A stretch of 64,000 nucleotides of DNA from a virus. Lineage: Duplodnaviria; Caudoviricetes. Below the pieces are notes generated by a model. The model had not been told where the DNA came from. It saw nothing but the letters and a program-made list of their open reading frames with translations, and ran no database searches. The stretch's first letter is position 1, and each line of letters opens with the position of its first letter. A program made the translations under genes and the position numbers. Shown here in pieces: positions 9,914 to 20,734 of this stretch. Location of the stretch: positions 2,569-66,568 of IMG/VR virus record IMGVR_UViG_3300027715_000146; one strand, written 5' to 3'.

Positions 9914-11898
9914 TGGAAAATATTCAATCATTAAAGCAAAACCAGTGTATTTTACATTGGACGGGTTCAAACTGTTCAGTGAATGCACCGAAGGTGATCA
10001 CTGCAAATGGTAATGTAACTCAGATCCTTCCATTTCCCGGAGCCGGTATTGGGATGTTTGATGGTACGGGGGATTATCTTACCACTACTGATGATTTCAC
10101 TCAACATTTTGTCATTACCAGTTCCACATGGACCATCGAATCGTGGTTTTATTGTGGAGTTACGTCTGCAAATTACGGATCATTCGCGGGCCAGAGGGTA
10201 GATGCGAACAATTGGTGGAATGCATTTTATGATGCGGTGAACAGCAGATTGCGATTTGTTATCTTTATCTCTGGAGCATACGCAGCAGATTATTATTGTT
10301 CATTTTCACCAACATTAGGATCCTTAAATTATGTATCGTTTGAGCGATCCGGATCGAGTTTTTACATCTATGTGAATGGTGTTGCACAAACATTAACTAC
10401 GAATCAGGCATTCACCGCAGCAGTATGGTCAGCACCCACCCCATTAACTATCAGCACGTATCCGACTGGTGGAACAATGATGCTTGGTGGGTTGTCTGAA
10501 TATCGCATATCCAATGTAATGCGGCATACTGGAACATATACACAACCGAGAACCCAATTGCAATCCGATTCAAACACCAAACTGCTCCTGCATTTCCTTG
10601 GCAGTGGTCAAACATTCGTTGACTCATCACCAAGTCCAAAGTCGATCACGGCATATGGTGACGCCAAACAGTTAAGCAGTCCATGTAACAGCGGGATTGC
10701 GTATTTCGACGGTAATGGGGATTATCTATCTTATACTGCAGAAACTACCATTACCGGGGATATAACCGTAGAAGGTTGGATTCAATTGCCTTCGTTATCC
10801 GTTGGATCAACATTGTGGTCCACAAATCTTAAAACTGTGAACTATCAATATTTTGCATTAATGTTTGATCCAACTAATGGATTATATGTTGATTATACGG
10901 ATCCCGCTGTATGGGGAGGGGTTGCTCCTGTACGAATATATCAAGGAAGCGCAAATGGTTGGGCAATAAACACTTGGTATCACATTTGCTTTATCAGATC
11001 AGGAAATAATGGATATATTTTCAGAAATGGGGTGTTATTAAACTCTGGATCTGCTACTGCATTGCCTGCAACATTTACTCTTGGTAGAGTTGGAATTATA
11101 GATGGAAAAACAGGGTTTACATATCCGATGAATGGTTACATGGCAGATGTGAGGGTCTCAAACATCGTGCGATACAATGTAGCAGGGTTTACACCATCTA
11201 TCCAACCATTCAAGCCCGATCCCTATACAAAACTCCTCCTGCACTTTGATGGAGTTGGTCAAGCATTCTATGATGCCAGTGATGTACCGGGAGACAATGG
11301 ATTCCTGATTTTACCAGATGGTGTGACGGTAACTCCAAATGGGACTTTCACCAGCATTAGAGGCAAGGATGGGCGATCATATTACAAATTTGACGGTAGC
11401 ACGAATTACATCACTCTGTCCGATAGTGATGCTTGGTGGATGGACAAATTAGATTTCACTCTTGCATTTTGGTTTAAATTGGGTGCAACCCCCGGATCAA
11501 TTGTAGGTATATTGGGACAAAAACCTGAAAGTGGGGCAAACGCAAATACCGGAATTGCAATAACTGTATCTACTGCAAATCAAATGTCAGTTTCATATCT
11601 TGGATCTGATAATAGCACTATTGCTTATTTGCTTAAATCGGGATTGATAGTAGGCCAGTGGTATTTCATTACAGTTGTATCAAAAAATCTTGTAAGATCA
11701 TTATATTTTGACAGCGTGTTTGTAACGTCAAATACCGACACATTAGGATTATATAATTCGACCCTTGGATTCGTAATTGGGGATACGGGATACTATTCTC
11801 CTGCAAACTGTAATATTAAAGATTTGATAATTTTCAAAGGTAAGGCATTAACTCAAGACCAAATTGCACAACTGATGGATGAGACATTCATCTATTAA
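9910..11898 (+). CDS. Multi-LamG tail/adhesin protein
   Basis: Three LamG repeats with the same linkers as 3..1817. Confidence 0.8.
   Translation: MMENIQSLKQNQCILHWTGSNCSVNAPKVITANGNVTQILPFPGAGIGMFDGTGDYLTTTDDFTQHFVITSSTWTIESWFYCGVTSANYGSFAGQRVDANNWWNAFYDAVNSRLRFVIFISGAYAADYYCSFSPTLGSLNYVSFERSGSSFYIYVNGVAQTLTTNQAFTAAVWSAPTPLTISTYPTGGTMMLGGLSEYRISNVMRHTGTYTQPRTQLQSDSNTKLLLHFLGSGQTFVDSSPSPKSITAYGDAKQLSSPCNSGIAYFDGNGDYLSYTAETTITGDITVEGWIQLPSLSVGSTLWSTNLKTVNYQYFALMFDPTNGLYVDYTDPAVWGGVAPVRIYQGSANGWAINTWYHICFIRSGNNGYIFRNGVLLNSGSATALPATFTLGRVGIIDGKTGFTYPMNGYMADVRVSNIVRYNVAGFTPSIQPFKPDPYTKLLLHFDGVGQAFYDASDVPGDNGFLILPDGVTVTPNGTFTSIRGKDGRSYYKFDGSTNYITLSDSDAWWMDKLDFTLAFWFKLGATPGSIVGILGQKPESGANANTGIAITVSTANQMSVSYLGSDNSTIAYLLKSGLIVGQWYFITVVSKNLVRSLYFDSVFVTSNTDTLGLYNSTLGFVIGDTGYYSPANCNIKDLIIFKGKALTQDQIAQLMDETFIY
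10549..10686 (+). repeat. 138-bp linker repeat, copy 2
   Basis: See 513-650. Confidence 0.9.
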
Positions 11899-11919
11899 CT
11901 TAAACGGAGAATAACACGT

Positions 11920-12225
11920 ATGGGATCTCTCGTAACAGCTGCCGAAGCAGCATATCAGACATGGAAATCAACCGCTCCGCAGAGCATAGAGGGGTGGGAT
12001 GATATGACTGACGCACAAATCGCATCTCGTTTAAGAGATGAGCAGAAGTGCAAACAGGCAATCGTCGATGCACAGGAGATAGAACAATCTTTCTATGATG
12101 CCCGGACATCGGTATTCGCTGAACTTGAGGCAGAATACGCATCCAAGAGGGTAGCGTTATCTCAACTCTGGCAGGCGAAAGAAGACGCAGGGTTTGATGT
12201 AGACTACGTCCCAGAGGCGGTATAA
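11920..12225 (+). CDS. Hypothetical acidic helical protein (possible fibre chaperone)
   Basis: ATG ORF co-oriented within the operon; no recognisable motif. Confidence 0.55.
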   Translation: MGSLVTAAEAAYQTWKSTAPQSIEGWDDMTDAQIASRLRDEQKCKQAIVDAQEIEQSFYDARTSVFAELEAEYASKRVALSQLWQAKEDAGFDVDYVPEAV

Positions 12226-12311
12226 TGGACGAGACGCCAATTGAAAAAGCCCGGAGAATCAGGGCAGAGAAACTAGCAGCACTGCTCGCGTTTATCAAAC
12301 CCTCAAACTGA
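12225..12311 (+). CDS. 28-aa amphipathic peptide MDETPIEKARRIRAEKLAALLAFIKPSN
   Basis: Start is coupled to the upstream stop (TAATG). It resembles the N-terminus of 53063..53278. Confidence 0.45.
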   Translation: MDETPIEKARRIRAEKLAALLAFIKPSN

Positions 12312-12356
12312 CTTTCTTTTATATCTCTTTTCCCCTAATTGATAAAGGGGAGAAAT

Positions 12357-13013
12357 ATGACCGTATATAATAATGGGAAAGTAAACGCAGAATACCTAAA
12401 TCCTGCAATTCTTGACTGGTTTACGTTAACTGCTCAACATACCGGATATCTTACTACCGGGCTCGTAACCCCGATTAAGATCAATGAAAATGATGCATCC
12501 ACGTCAACCACGTCAGCATATGTTCTATCCCGGAGACCAGTCCGATCAGATCTGGCAAACAGTGTAGCCTCAGTCAGTGCAACTACTCAGTCTGCAGTAG
12601 AAGTCACGGTATTGAACGGTCAGAAGTTCTTTTTATCCGAACAGTTATTCAGTCGATTATATATCAACGGATTATGTTCCGGTCAGTGTTACATCGGTCT
12701 GGTTACCAACAATGCATCCGGTACCTCATACCTCAATGACATTATTGCCAGTCTGAAAGTGATTCGGTCTGATGGTACCATTGTGACATTAGGATCCCAG
12801 ACAGTACAGGTCGATATCTCCAATGCTACCGTCACTGAGTTAATGCGATCAGTTGCATGGAGTTTCACCTGTTCCGGATATGTCGATAAAGACGATAAGA
12901 TGTACCTAGAACTGTCATCCACCGGATATAACTCATCTGCGTCCTATATTACTACCCATAGGCTCTGTTTCTCCCCCGGAAGCTCTGAGACATTCTGCGA
13001 GGTGCAGGTATGA
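12357..13013 (+). CDS. Hypothetical beta-rich virion protein
   Basis: Long ORF in the tail region; ATG at 12357 preferred. Confidence 0.55.
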   Translation: MTVYNNGKVNAEYLNPAILDWFTLTAQHTGYLTTGLVTPIKINENDASTSTTSAYVLSRRPVRSDLANSVASVSATTQSAVEVTVLNGQKFFLSEQLFSRLYINGLCSGQCYIGLVTNNASGTSYLNDIIASLKVIRSDGTIVTLGSQTVQVDISNATVTELMRSVAWSFTCSGYVDKDDKMYLELSSTGYNSSASYITTHRLCFSPGSSETFCEVQV

Positions 13014-13306
13014 TCGTAACTTCCCCCTACACGCTCTCTCTCCCGGAAGGCGACTGGAATATCGATGGAGAGAAAGATGCGGAAGATAACCTCCTCTATA
13101 TCGCCGGCCCAATTGACCGGGTACTTGATATTGGTACCCATTTGTACTCTGACGGGTCTACCAATCAGGTTATCCATGTCACTCCCGGTTCAGAGTATAC
13201 CATCATCTCCCGGACCGAGACGGAATCAGATACGGGGAAGATCATTACTATTGTCTATGATGGTCCAAATAATGGCTCCCGTTACCAAATGGTGTATACT
13301 GAGTAA
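13010..13306 (+). CDS. Hypothetical protein
   Basis: ATGA overlap with the upstream gene. Confidence 0.55.
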   Translation: MIVTSPYTLSLPEGDWNIDGEKDAEDNLLYIAGPIDRVLDIGTHLYSDGSTNQVIHVTPGSEYTIISRTETESDTGKIITIVYDGPNNGSRYQMVYTE

Positions 13307-13308
13307 TC

Positions 13309-16224
13309 ATGCTGAAAGACTGGTCGAAGAAGGCAACCTTTAGTGTCTCAAATCCTAATACATCCACTCTTACCGATTACCAGAAACTGATTTATCTGTA
13401 TCAGAATGCGTCCGTTACCACTCCAGTTGCCGGGAAAGCCGTTACTACGTATGGCGATGTGAAACAGGTCATTACAGTACCGGATCCGTTCGGCGGGAAT
13501 ACTCCGGTTGCCTATTTCGACGGAAATGGGGATTTACTTGGAATTTCTAATAGCCAGTGTTCTGATTTTCAATTTGGATCAAATAATTTCACCATAGAAT
13601 GTTGGGTATACGTTCCAAGTTTAACTACGTTTGGGTTATTGTGGAATTTTGCAAGAACAGGAGTATACGAAGGATATAACTGTTATTTTGATACCGATGG
13701 GAGTGTGAAAACAAGTATTACTACCAATGGAACATCATGGAATGTATTTCCTACGAAATCATTGGGAACTACCGGGTATCATCATATTGCAGTCGTTCGA
13801 GACGGATCGTCATTTACCGTATATGTTGATGGGATTGGAGGGACGTCTGTAACTAATTCCGGGTCTATTACCACATCACTTGATAATTTTGCTATTGCTG
13901 GATCATCTACACATTCTCTCTCATCAAACTGTTATGTATCTGAATTTCGGGTATCCAACATTGCCCGTTACACCGGTACATTTACCCCATCCAATAAACC
14001 ATTCACCCCTGATCCCTACACCAAGTTACTCCTGCATTGTGATGGACCGGTAGGATCAAATGTATTCATCGATTCATCCGGATCTGGAGATAATATCTAT
14101 TTACCGGGTGTGAAATCAGACTTCTCCGACATCCGGTTTGCTGACCAGAGTGGAAACCTGATCCCATACTGGTTCCGGAATGATATGGGGATGCACCGAC
14201 CATCGCCGTTAGACGGGAAGGCGATCACCGCGACCGGTGACGTAAAACAGATCCTTCCATTTCCCGGAGCCGGCCTCGGTATGTTCGATGGTACTGGAGA
14301 TTATTTGGAAGTATTAGATTGGTACTCAAGTGGTGCATCAAATATCGGATCTAATAATTTTACCATTGAAGGTTGGATTTATTTATCAACGCTACCAAGT
14401 GCAATTAACGTAATAATTGGAAATTATTCTGCTATAGACTCTTCAAATGAGCATGTTATTTACATTTCTGCATTAAATACACTTGTCTGGTATGCTTATC
14501 AGTCTGGATCATATTTGTGGAATATTGGATCTGGAACATTGAATACTGGATGGACTCATTTCGCGTGTGTAAGAAGCGGTTCTGTACAAATAATGTATAT
14601 TAATGGAATACCAATAGGAACCACTGGATCATCTTCCTCATCTGTTAATACTCATACATCTGCATTAAAAATTGGGTCTTGGTATGGAAATCAAGCATTT
14701 AATGGAAATTTAAGTGAAATACGGTGGAGTAATGTCGCTCGATACACCGGTCCATTCACCCCACCAAGAACACAATTCCAATCAGATAGCAATACCAAAC
14801 TGTTACTGCATTTCCTTGGCAGTGGAAACTCGTTTGTTGATTCAAGCCCATCACCCAAAACCATAACGGCATATGGCGATGCAAAGCAGTTGTCAAGTCC
14901 CTGTGGGTCAGGAATGATTGCATTTGACGGAACAGGGGATTATTTAACTATTCCACATTCGGATGATTTTGAATTTGGGGCAGGTGACTTTACTATTGAA
15001 GGGTGGGCTTCGCCAACTGGCACTTCGTGGTATGATATTATCAATAGATATAACCGACAATCGGGGAAACAGGTATTTTTAATTGGTTTAAATTCATCTG
15101 GATATTTAAATGCAAGTTGCTATAGTGGGGTTGATTCCACAATTGGAAGTATCAGTGGATCCACAAATGTAGTGAATACAACATTTCATTTTGCATATGT
15201 TAGATCTGGATCTACATTCACATTATATTTAAATGGGCAATCGATTGGAACTGCCACAAGTAGTGTTGCTATTCAGGCAGGAGATGTAAACACACCTGTA
15301 ACGCTTGGTGCTCAACATGCGTTTTCATCGTGGTATTATTATACTGGATATATTGGAGATATTAGAATATCAAAAGGAATTGCAAGATATAATAATAATT
15401 TCGTGCCATCAACACAACCATTCAAATCCGATTCAAATACCAAGTTACTCCTACACTTCGACAACTATACCGTACCCACCACATTCCTTGATGATAGCGC
15501 TGGGAAATATGAGTGCTGGCTCAAAGTACCGCAAATTGCACCCACATCCAGTTCCCCGGTATCGATATATTGGGGAAATGCCAATGCGAAGAGTAACAGT
15601 AATGGGGATAATACATTTGATGTATTCGATCATTTTGAAGGATCCTCTCTTACAACGACAAAATGGGATGCGCCAATGGGAGCACCCGCAATATCGAAAT
15701 CAGTATGCACGATAACTGCCGGATCGTCCGCATGGGCATACCTGAACAGTCTTCGCTCATTATATCCGAATAACAGGGTGAGAATGCGTCTGAAAACCGA
15801 TCGGTATGGGAGTAATACTGCATGGGAGCGGTTCAGTATAAGCCCCGGTCAAGGAGGATACTTCGCCTCATATGAAGGGTTTTCCGGAGGGGCATCAGGG
15901 TACTCAAAGACGGGGTCATATACGTATATTTCCGCCATTACCGGTTGGTCAGCCGGGGTATTCCATACACATGAAATGAGATATACTTTAGGTCAGATAA
16001 ATGCACTGGTAGATGGATCAAACTTAGTAAGTTCATCCGATGCCGGATATGCATTACCATCCCCGGTTACCTTCGCTACGTATAATTCAGGCCATTCCAT
16101 GTATATTGATTGGATGTATATTGGAAAGTACTATCCGTTAGAACCATCCCTTTCTACATTCACCCCTATTGACAATACCCAAACAGAGCCCACGGGTAAT
16201 CACCTATCTCTCCCCGGAGCATAA
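13309..16224 (+). CDS. DUF2341-like protein with three inserted LamG modules
   Basis: DFSDIRF.D..G..IPYW, ECWLKVP, SIYWGN and FDVFDHF motifs are interrupted by LamG cassettes. Confidence 0.75.
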   Translation: MLKDWSKKATFSVSNPNTSTLTDYQKLIYLYQNASVTTPVAGKAVTTYGDVKQVITVPDPFGGNTPVAYFDGNGDLLGISNSQCSDFQFGSNNFTIECWVYVPSLTTFGLLWNFARTGVYEGYNCYFDTDGSVKTSITTNGTSWNVFPTKSLGTTGYHHIAVVRDGSSFTVYVDGIGGTSVTNSGSITTSLDNFAIAGSSTHSLSSNCYVSEFRVSNIARYTGTFTPSNKPFTPDPYTKLLLHCDGPVGSNVFIDSSGSGDNIYLPGVKSDFSDIRFADQSGNLIPYWFRNDMGMHRPSPLDGKAITATGDVKQILPFPGAGLGMFDGTGDYLEVLDWYSSGASNIGSNNFTIEGWIYLSTLPSAINVIIGNYSAIDSSNEHVIYISALNTLVWYAYQSGSYLWNIGSGTLNTGWTHFACVRSGSVQIMYINGIPIGTTGSSSSSVNTHTSALKIGSWYGNQAFNGNLSEIRWSNVARYTGPFTPPRTQFQSDSNTKLLLHFLGSGNSFVDSSPSPKTITAYGDAKQLSSPCGSGMIAFDGTGDYLTIPHSDDFEFGAGDFTIEGWASPTGTSWYDIINRYNRQSGKQVFLIGLNSSGYLNASCYSGVDSTIGSISGSTNVVNTTFHFAYVRSGSTFTLYLNGQSIGTATSSVAIQAGDVNTPVTLGAQHAFSSWYYYTGYIGDIRISKGIARYNNNFVPSTQPFKSDSNTKLLLHFDNYTVPTTFLDDSAGKYECWLKVPQIAPTSSSPVSIYWGNANAKSNSNGDNTFDVFDHFEGSSLTTTKWDAPMGAPAISKSVCTITAGSSAWAYLNSLRSLYPNNRVRMRLKTDRYGSNTAWERFSISPGQGGYFASYEGFSGGASGYSKTGSYTYISAITGWSAGVFHTHEMRYTLGQINALVDGSNLVSSSDAGYALPSPVTFATYNSGHSMYIDWMYIGKYYPLEPSLSTFTPIDNTQTEPTGNHLSLPGA
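14118..14201 (+). repeat. 84-bp repeat (copy 2 at 18253-18336) preceding LamG insertion site
   Basis: 77/84 identical by manual alignment. Confidence 0.85.
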
Positions 16225-16226
16225 TC

Positions 16227-18137
16227 ATGTTACACGGCTGGTTATACAAAAAGAAACTTACCTTCACCTGTGGTACGCAGCTGAGAGATTATCAAGTAAA
16301 ACTCAATGTGATCAGGTCTGAAGGCACTGATGTATCAGGGACCATTTATCTTCCGGAGTGTAAGGCGGATTTCGCTGATATCAGGTTTACCGACAATTTT
16401 GGCAGTCTAATCCCCTACTGGATTGAATCGGTTACCGGGACAACCGCAGTGGTATGGGTAAAGGCGAACTTCTTCAGTGTTACCGATATATATATGTATT
16501 ACGGCAATGCGTCAGCGGTTTCGATGAGTAACCCGGATACCACCATGGAGTTGTATGACAATTTCACCTCATTAAATACTGCAAAATGGCAGGTGTTCAG
16601 AGGGAACGCTGTTATCGAATCCGGTGCACTGAAAGCCGGATATACCTCATCCCAGCGGAACCGAATCCGATCTTACAAGATGTTCGGCCCAAACCATGCG
16701 TTGGTAGCCAGAATAACCTATCCAACGTCAGCTGCCGCATCCATTGCTCATGTCGGATTTGGAAATGGAGAGTCTGATTACGCTGGTGGGAAGATTGGGT
16801 ATGGAATTAATACCGGGCTATCCCCTACGTACCGGTTTACCTATGAAGGGTCTGGTGGTGAAACAAACCAGTATTGTGTATCCATATCCAATTACACCGG
16901 ATCGTATCATATCTTCGAATCACGGAGAATAGGAAACACCGCATCATTATTAGTGGACGGTGCAGCAATCGTCACGAACCAGTCAGGGGCGAGTATTACT
17001 GCATCATTTGCAAATATTGAGTTATATGATGCAAATACGTATATCTATGTTGACTGGCTGTATGTCCGGAAATATTCGGCGATAGAGCCGGTACATACCA
17101 TAGCGGTAAAGATTGTCAATCCACAGAATCCGGTATATCTCCCCGGTGGAAATGCAAACGGTTTTGCAAACTGGTCATCAAACAAAGTCATCACCATTAC
17201 GAATCCGGGAGGCGTGTTACTCACAGATTATCAGGTACAATTAACACTCACGAAAGCGGTATTTCCTACAGCAAAGACGTATTTTGAGGATATCCGATTT
17301 TCTGATCAGTTTGGTAACCCAATCCCCCATTGGATTCGAAACGATATCGGAGTATACCCTACGGATAATGCTGAATGCTGGGTACGAGTCCCGGTAATCC
17401 CTGTCGGAGGAACCACAATAAAGGTATATTATGGGAATCCTTCCGCTCAACATGCAAGTAATGGCGATGCGACCTTCCTTGTATTTGATCATTTTACCGG
17501 AACATCTTACAATGCGACAAAATGGAATTATTATAGTTCAGGCGGCTCCCCCACGAACCCGTTTATCGTAGCGAACTCCATATTAACTGGAAGTTGTTCT
17601 GCCTCCGGGAACTTTGTACGACTGAATAGGTTTACATCTGTCACTAATGAGCCCCGGCTAACCCATTTCCGGGTAAAAAGCCGGTTATGCCCGTCCCATG
17701 CCGGATCCACAACAGGGTATATTATGTTCGGGTTTGTTGATTACGGAATGGCGTATTATTCAGCAGTTGACGGTGCCCGAAATGGAAAACTGGGATACTG
17801 GGATGGATCTGCATATACCGGTGTAACCCTCGTCGGTAATTCGAACGTATGGATGACTCAGGAGATGCTGTATCCTAATAATACCACGGTGATTGGGAAG
17901 ATCAATGATACCAGTATAACTACGATGACTTACTCATCCATCGCTGCATCGGCAAATGTGACATTCCTTGTCGGTAACTCACCATCCTGTAATATCCAGT
18001 GCGACTGGGTATTTGTCGCATCGTATACGGCGAATGAACCCGTAGCGACCATATCTCCATCAGCAACCTCGAATGTAATCACCTTACAACCATCGAATAA
18101 ACGGAACAAACAGATACGAATTCGGAGGAACTTCTGA
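16227..18137 (+). CDS. Tandem DUF2341-like domain protein
   Basis: Two copies of DYQV / DIRF.D..G..IP.W / WV(K/R) / YYGN. Confidence 0.75.
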   Translation: MLHGWLYKKKLTFTCGTQLRDYQVKLNVIRSEGTDVSGTIYLPECKADFADIRFTDNFGSLIPYWIESVTGTTAVVWVKANFFSVTDIYMYYGNASAVSMSNPDTTMELYDNFTSLNTAKWQVFRGNAVIESGALKAGYTSSQRNRIRSYKMFGPNHALVARITYPTSAAASIAHVGFGNGESDYAGGKIGYGINTGLSPTYRFTYEGSGGETNQYCVSISNYTGSYHIFESRRIGNTASLLVDGAAIVTNQSGASITASFANIELYDANTYIYVDWLYVRKYSAIEPVHTIAVKIVNPQNPVYLPGGNANGFANWSSNKVITITNPGGVLLTDYQVQLTLTKAVFPTAKTYFEDIRFSDQFGNPIPHWIRNDIGVYPTDNAECWVRVPVIPVGGTTIKVYYGNPSAQHASNGDATFLVFDHFTGTSYNATKWNYYSSGGSPTNPFIVANSILTGSCSASGNFVRLNRFTSVTNEPRLTHFRVKSRLCPSHAGSTTGYIMFGFVDYGMAYYSAVDGARNGKLGYWDGSAYTGVTLVGNSNVWMTQEMLYPNNTTVIGKINDTSITTMTYSSIAASANVTFLVGNSPSCNIQCDWVFVASYTANEPVATISPSATSNVITLQPSNKRNKQIRIRRNF

Positions 18138-19705
18138 TGCTAACAAACTGGCAATATTATAAAGATATCACGTTAACGAATGCCGGCTCCCGGCTATCGG
18201 ATTATCAGGTAAATATTGATGTATACCATAGTACCTTTCCCGGATGCAAACAAGACTTCTCCGACATCCGGTTTACTGACCAGAGTGGCAACCTGATCCC
18301 GTATTGGTTCAGGAATGACATGGGGATGCATCGACCTACACCGTTAGATGGGAGAACTGTTACAGCGGTCGGGGATTGTAGACAAGTCACCACTATCCCG
18401 GATCCGTTCGGTGGGAATACCCCGGTTGCCTATTTCGATGGATCCGGGGATTATCTGACCGTATCGGGATCCGGATTTGATATCGGCATATCGGATTTCA
18501 CCATCGAGGCCCGGATATGTCCTACGGAAATCACTGGAGATAATGTTATTCTTTCCGTTGGAACTGATGCGAATAATTTCATGCAGTTTATGCAGGATGG
18601 TGCAAATCTACGATTTGTTACCTATCTTTCCGGATCACAGCAGATTCAGGTGATGACATCAAATTCCCCGCTGGTAATAAACAACTGGCATGATGTAAAA
18701 GTCATCCGTTCAGCCGGGGTAATAACCCTGTATATTAACGGAGTGGCTGGTGCAACGGTATCATCCATCGCAGCCGTATCAAACTATACCGGTATCCGGA
18801 TCGGATGCAACTATGATTCCACATCGAAAATATTCGCCGGATATATGTCTGAACTCCGGGTATCTACCGTTGCCAGATCTCCCGTTCCATCAACGACTCC
18901 GTTCATACCAGACAGTTCCACTAAGTTACTCCTCCATTTCGACAACTATATCGTACCCACCACCTTCCTCGATGACAGTGCCGGGAAGTATGAGTGCTGG
19001 GTACGAGTCCCGGTAATCCCGGTAACCCAGTCGAAAATCAGAGTGTATTGGGGAAACCAGAACGCATTATCAGAGTCAAACGGTGATGCGGTATTCGATC
19101 TGTTTGACAATTTTGAAGGAGGGTCATGGAATACTGCAAAATGGACATATACGAGTGACATACCGTCTATCTCCGGGAGTGTTCTTACGAAAGCTCGTAC
19201 TGCATCAGGGGGATATTTTAGTAGTATAAAATCCTATCGTTTTCCAAAACGCGCTCTTCGGGCAAGAATTAAATCACTCCATTTCAATTCTACAAGTTAT
19301 GTAGAATCATTAACCTTATCTGACCAATACATCATATTCAGCCCATGTAATACCAACACGGATCGGAATGGAAAGATTATGCTATCCAATGGCACCCCAA
19401 CTTATGTCACCATATCGGGGATGTCTGCCAATGCATTTGCAATCGTGGATATCAAAGTTGCAGACACATTCGTAAAAACGGTAGTAAATACAAATGAGGT
19501 TAATACCACCATATCAATCCCCGCTCATTCACCAACAATATCACTTGCTGCCGGTGCAGAGAGCGCTTCTATATCATTAGACTGGATATCAGTACGTCAT
19601 TATACCGGAACAGAACCCACCTACGCTATCGCATCAACCCCGGTATCGAACGTGAATACTCAACCATCACCGAATGCCCCATATAACTCAGGGAGAAAGT
19701 CATGA
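18137..19705 (+). CDS. DUF2341-like protein with one inserted LamG module
   Basis: Same architecture as 13309..16224 with a single insert. Confidence 0.75.
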   Translation: MLTNWQYYKDITLTNAGSRLSDYQVNIDVYHSTFPGCKQDFSDIRFTDQSGNLIPYWFRNDMGMHRPTPLDGRTVTAVGDCRQVTTIPDPFGGNTPVAYFDGSGDYLTVSGSGFDIGISDFTIEARICPTEITGDNVILSVGTDANNFMQFMQDGANLRFVTYLSGSQQIQVMTSNSPLVINNWHDVKVIRSAGVITLYINGVAGATVSSIAAVSNYTGIRIGCNYDSTSKIFAGYMSELRVSTVARSPVPSTTPFIPDSSTKLLLHFDNYIVPTTFLDDSAGKYECWVRVPVIPVTQSKIRVYWGNQNALSESNGDAVFDLFDNFEGGSWNTAKWTYTSDIPSISGSVLTKARTASGGYFSSIKSYRFPKRALRARIKSLHFNSTSYVESLTLSDQYIIFSPCNTNTDRNGKIMLSNGTPTYVTISGMSANAFAIVDIKVADTFVKTVVNTNEVNTTISIPAHSPTISLAAGAESASISLDWISVRHYTGTEPTYAIASTPVSNVNTQPSPNAPYNSGRKS

Positions 19706-20583
19706 ATTCGGATCCCATATTAGATCTAATGCCTCCATGCGGTGAATTCATTGTGAAAAACAATGAGACCTCTTCGCTAACCGGGCATCAGGTCAAACTC
19801 ACGCTATCAAAACTTCCGACAAAACATTCCGGATCAACCTTGAATCTTGGCGGAAGAGTACAGTCTACTCGGTTTCATGATCTGGCATTCGTCGGTCAGG
19901 ACGGGAAGATCCTCCCTCATCAGGTGATCATCCATGCAGATGATTCCAACCTTGCATCTCCGGAATGCTGGGTGAAAATCCCATTCCTTCCCGGATCCGG
20001 TCAATACCGGGTACGCGTGTACGCCGGTCATCCGACAACGATACGGAATGACGGAGACGTGTGCTTTGAGTTATGGGATCATTTCACCGCATCCATGAAT
20101 ACCCAAAAGTGGATTAGTGCATCCGGATCATTTAATGGTCAATACTTTTCCGGAGGATTAGGAGGTATTAAGAAATTCCCTATTGGGTATTCATACATTA
20201 TCTATTACAAACCCTATTGGACAGTGGGAAGCACTTCAGGGACAGAATGTTTTGGATGGTGGGCAGCTGCCGGAGACACGGGATCATCCGGATATTACCT
20301 ATCATATGAATCTGCAACCTACTCTAATAAATTTATTAATTACAATGGAACGGATACCACAATGATATCACCGTCCGTATCGGCAATATCGAATCAATTT
20401 AATAGACTTGAATTCATTCGCACCCCTACCACCGCTATTTTTAATGTAAACGGTTCCTTCTCCGGAACGTTATCAACCGGATACCCTACCGTAAATCTCA
20501 CGATTACCGGCGGTCAGGGCCTTATTGACTGGATACTTATTAAGAAGTATACTGCTAATGAACCGACGATCACCGCACAGTGA
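19702..20583 (+). CDS. Divergent DUF2341-like protein
   Basis: HQVKLTL, FHDLAF, ECWVKIP, FELWDHF. Confidence 0.65.
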   Translation: MNSDPILDLMPPCGEFIVKNNETSSLTGHQVKLTLSKLPTKHSGSTLNLGGRVQSTRFHDLAFVGQDGKILPHQVIIHADDSNLASPECWVKIPFLPGSGQYRVRVYAGHPTTIRNDGDVCFELWDHFTASMNTQKWISASGSFNGQYFSGGLGGIKKFPIGYSYIIYYKPYWTVGSTSGTECFGWWAAAGDTGSSGYYLSYESATYSNKFINYNGTDTTMISPSVSAISNQFNRLEFIRTPTTAIFNVNGSFSGTLSTGYPTVNLTITGGQGLIDWILIKKYTANEPTITAQ

Positions 20584-20734
20584 TCATATAGGATTTCTCT
20601 CCATTCTCTCTTTTACCCACCATATAGGGAAGAAATCCGGTATTACGAATTACCGATGAAATAAGAAGAGTGTCGCTCTTGACCAACATTATAAATACTT
20701 TACGAAAACTATTAATATACATTAGAGGTATCTG

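Noticed and set aside
3-20583. Diversity-generating retroelement acting on the adhesin genes
   Set aside because: No reverse transcriptase in the window. The repeats encode internal linkers, and their mismatches are synonymous and not adenine-specific as TR/VR pairs require.
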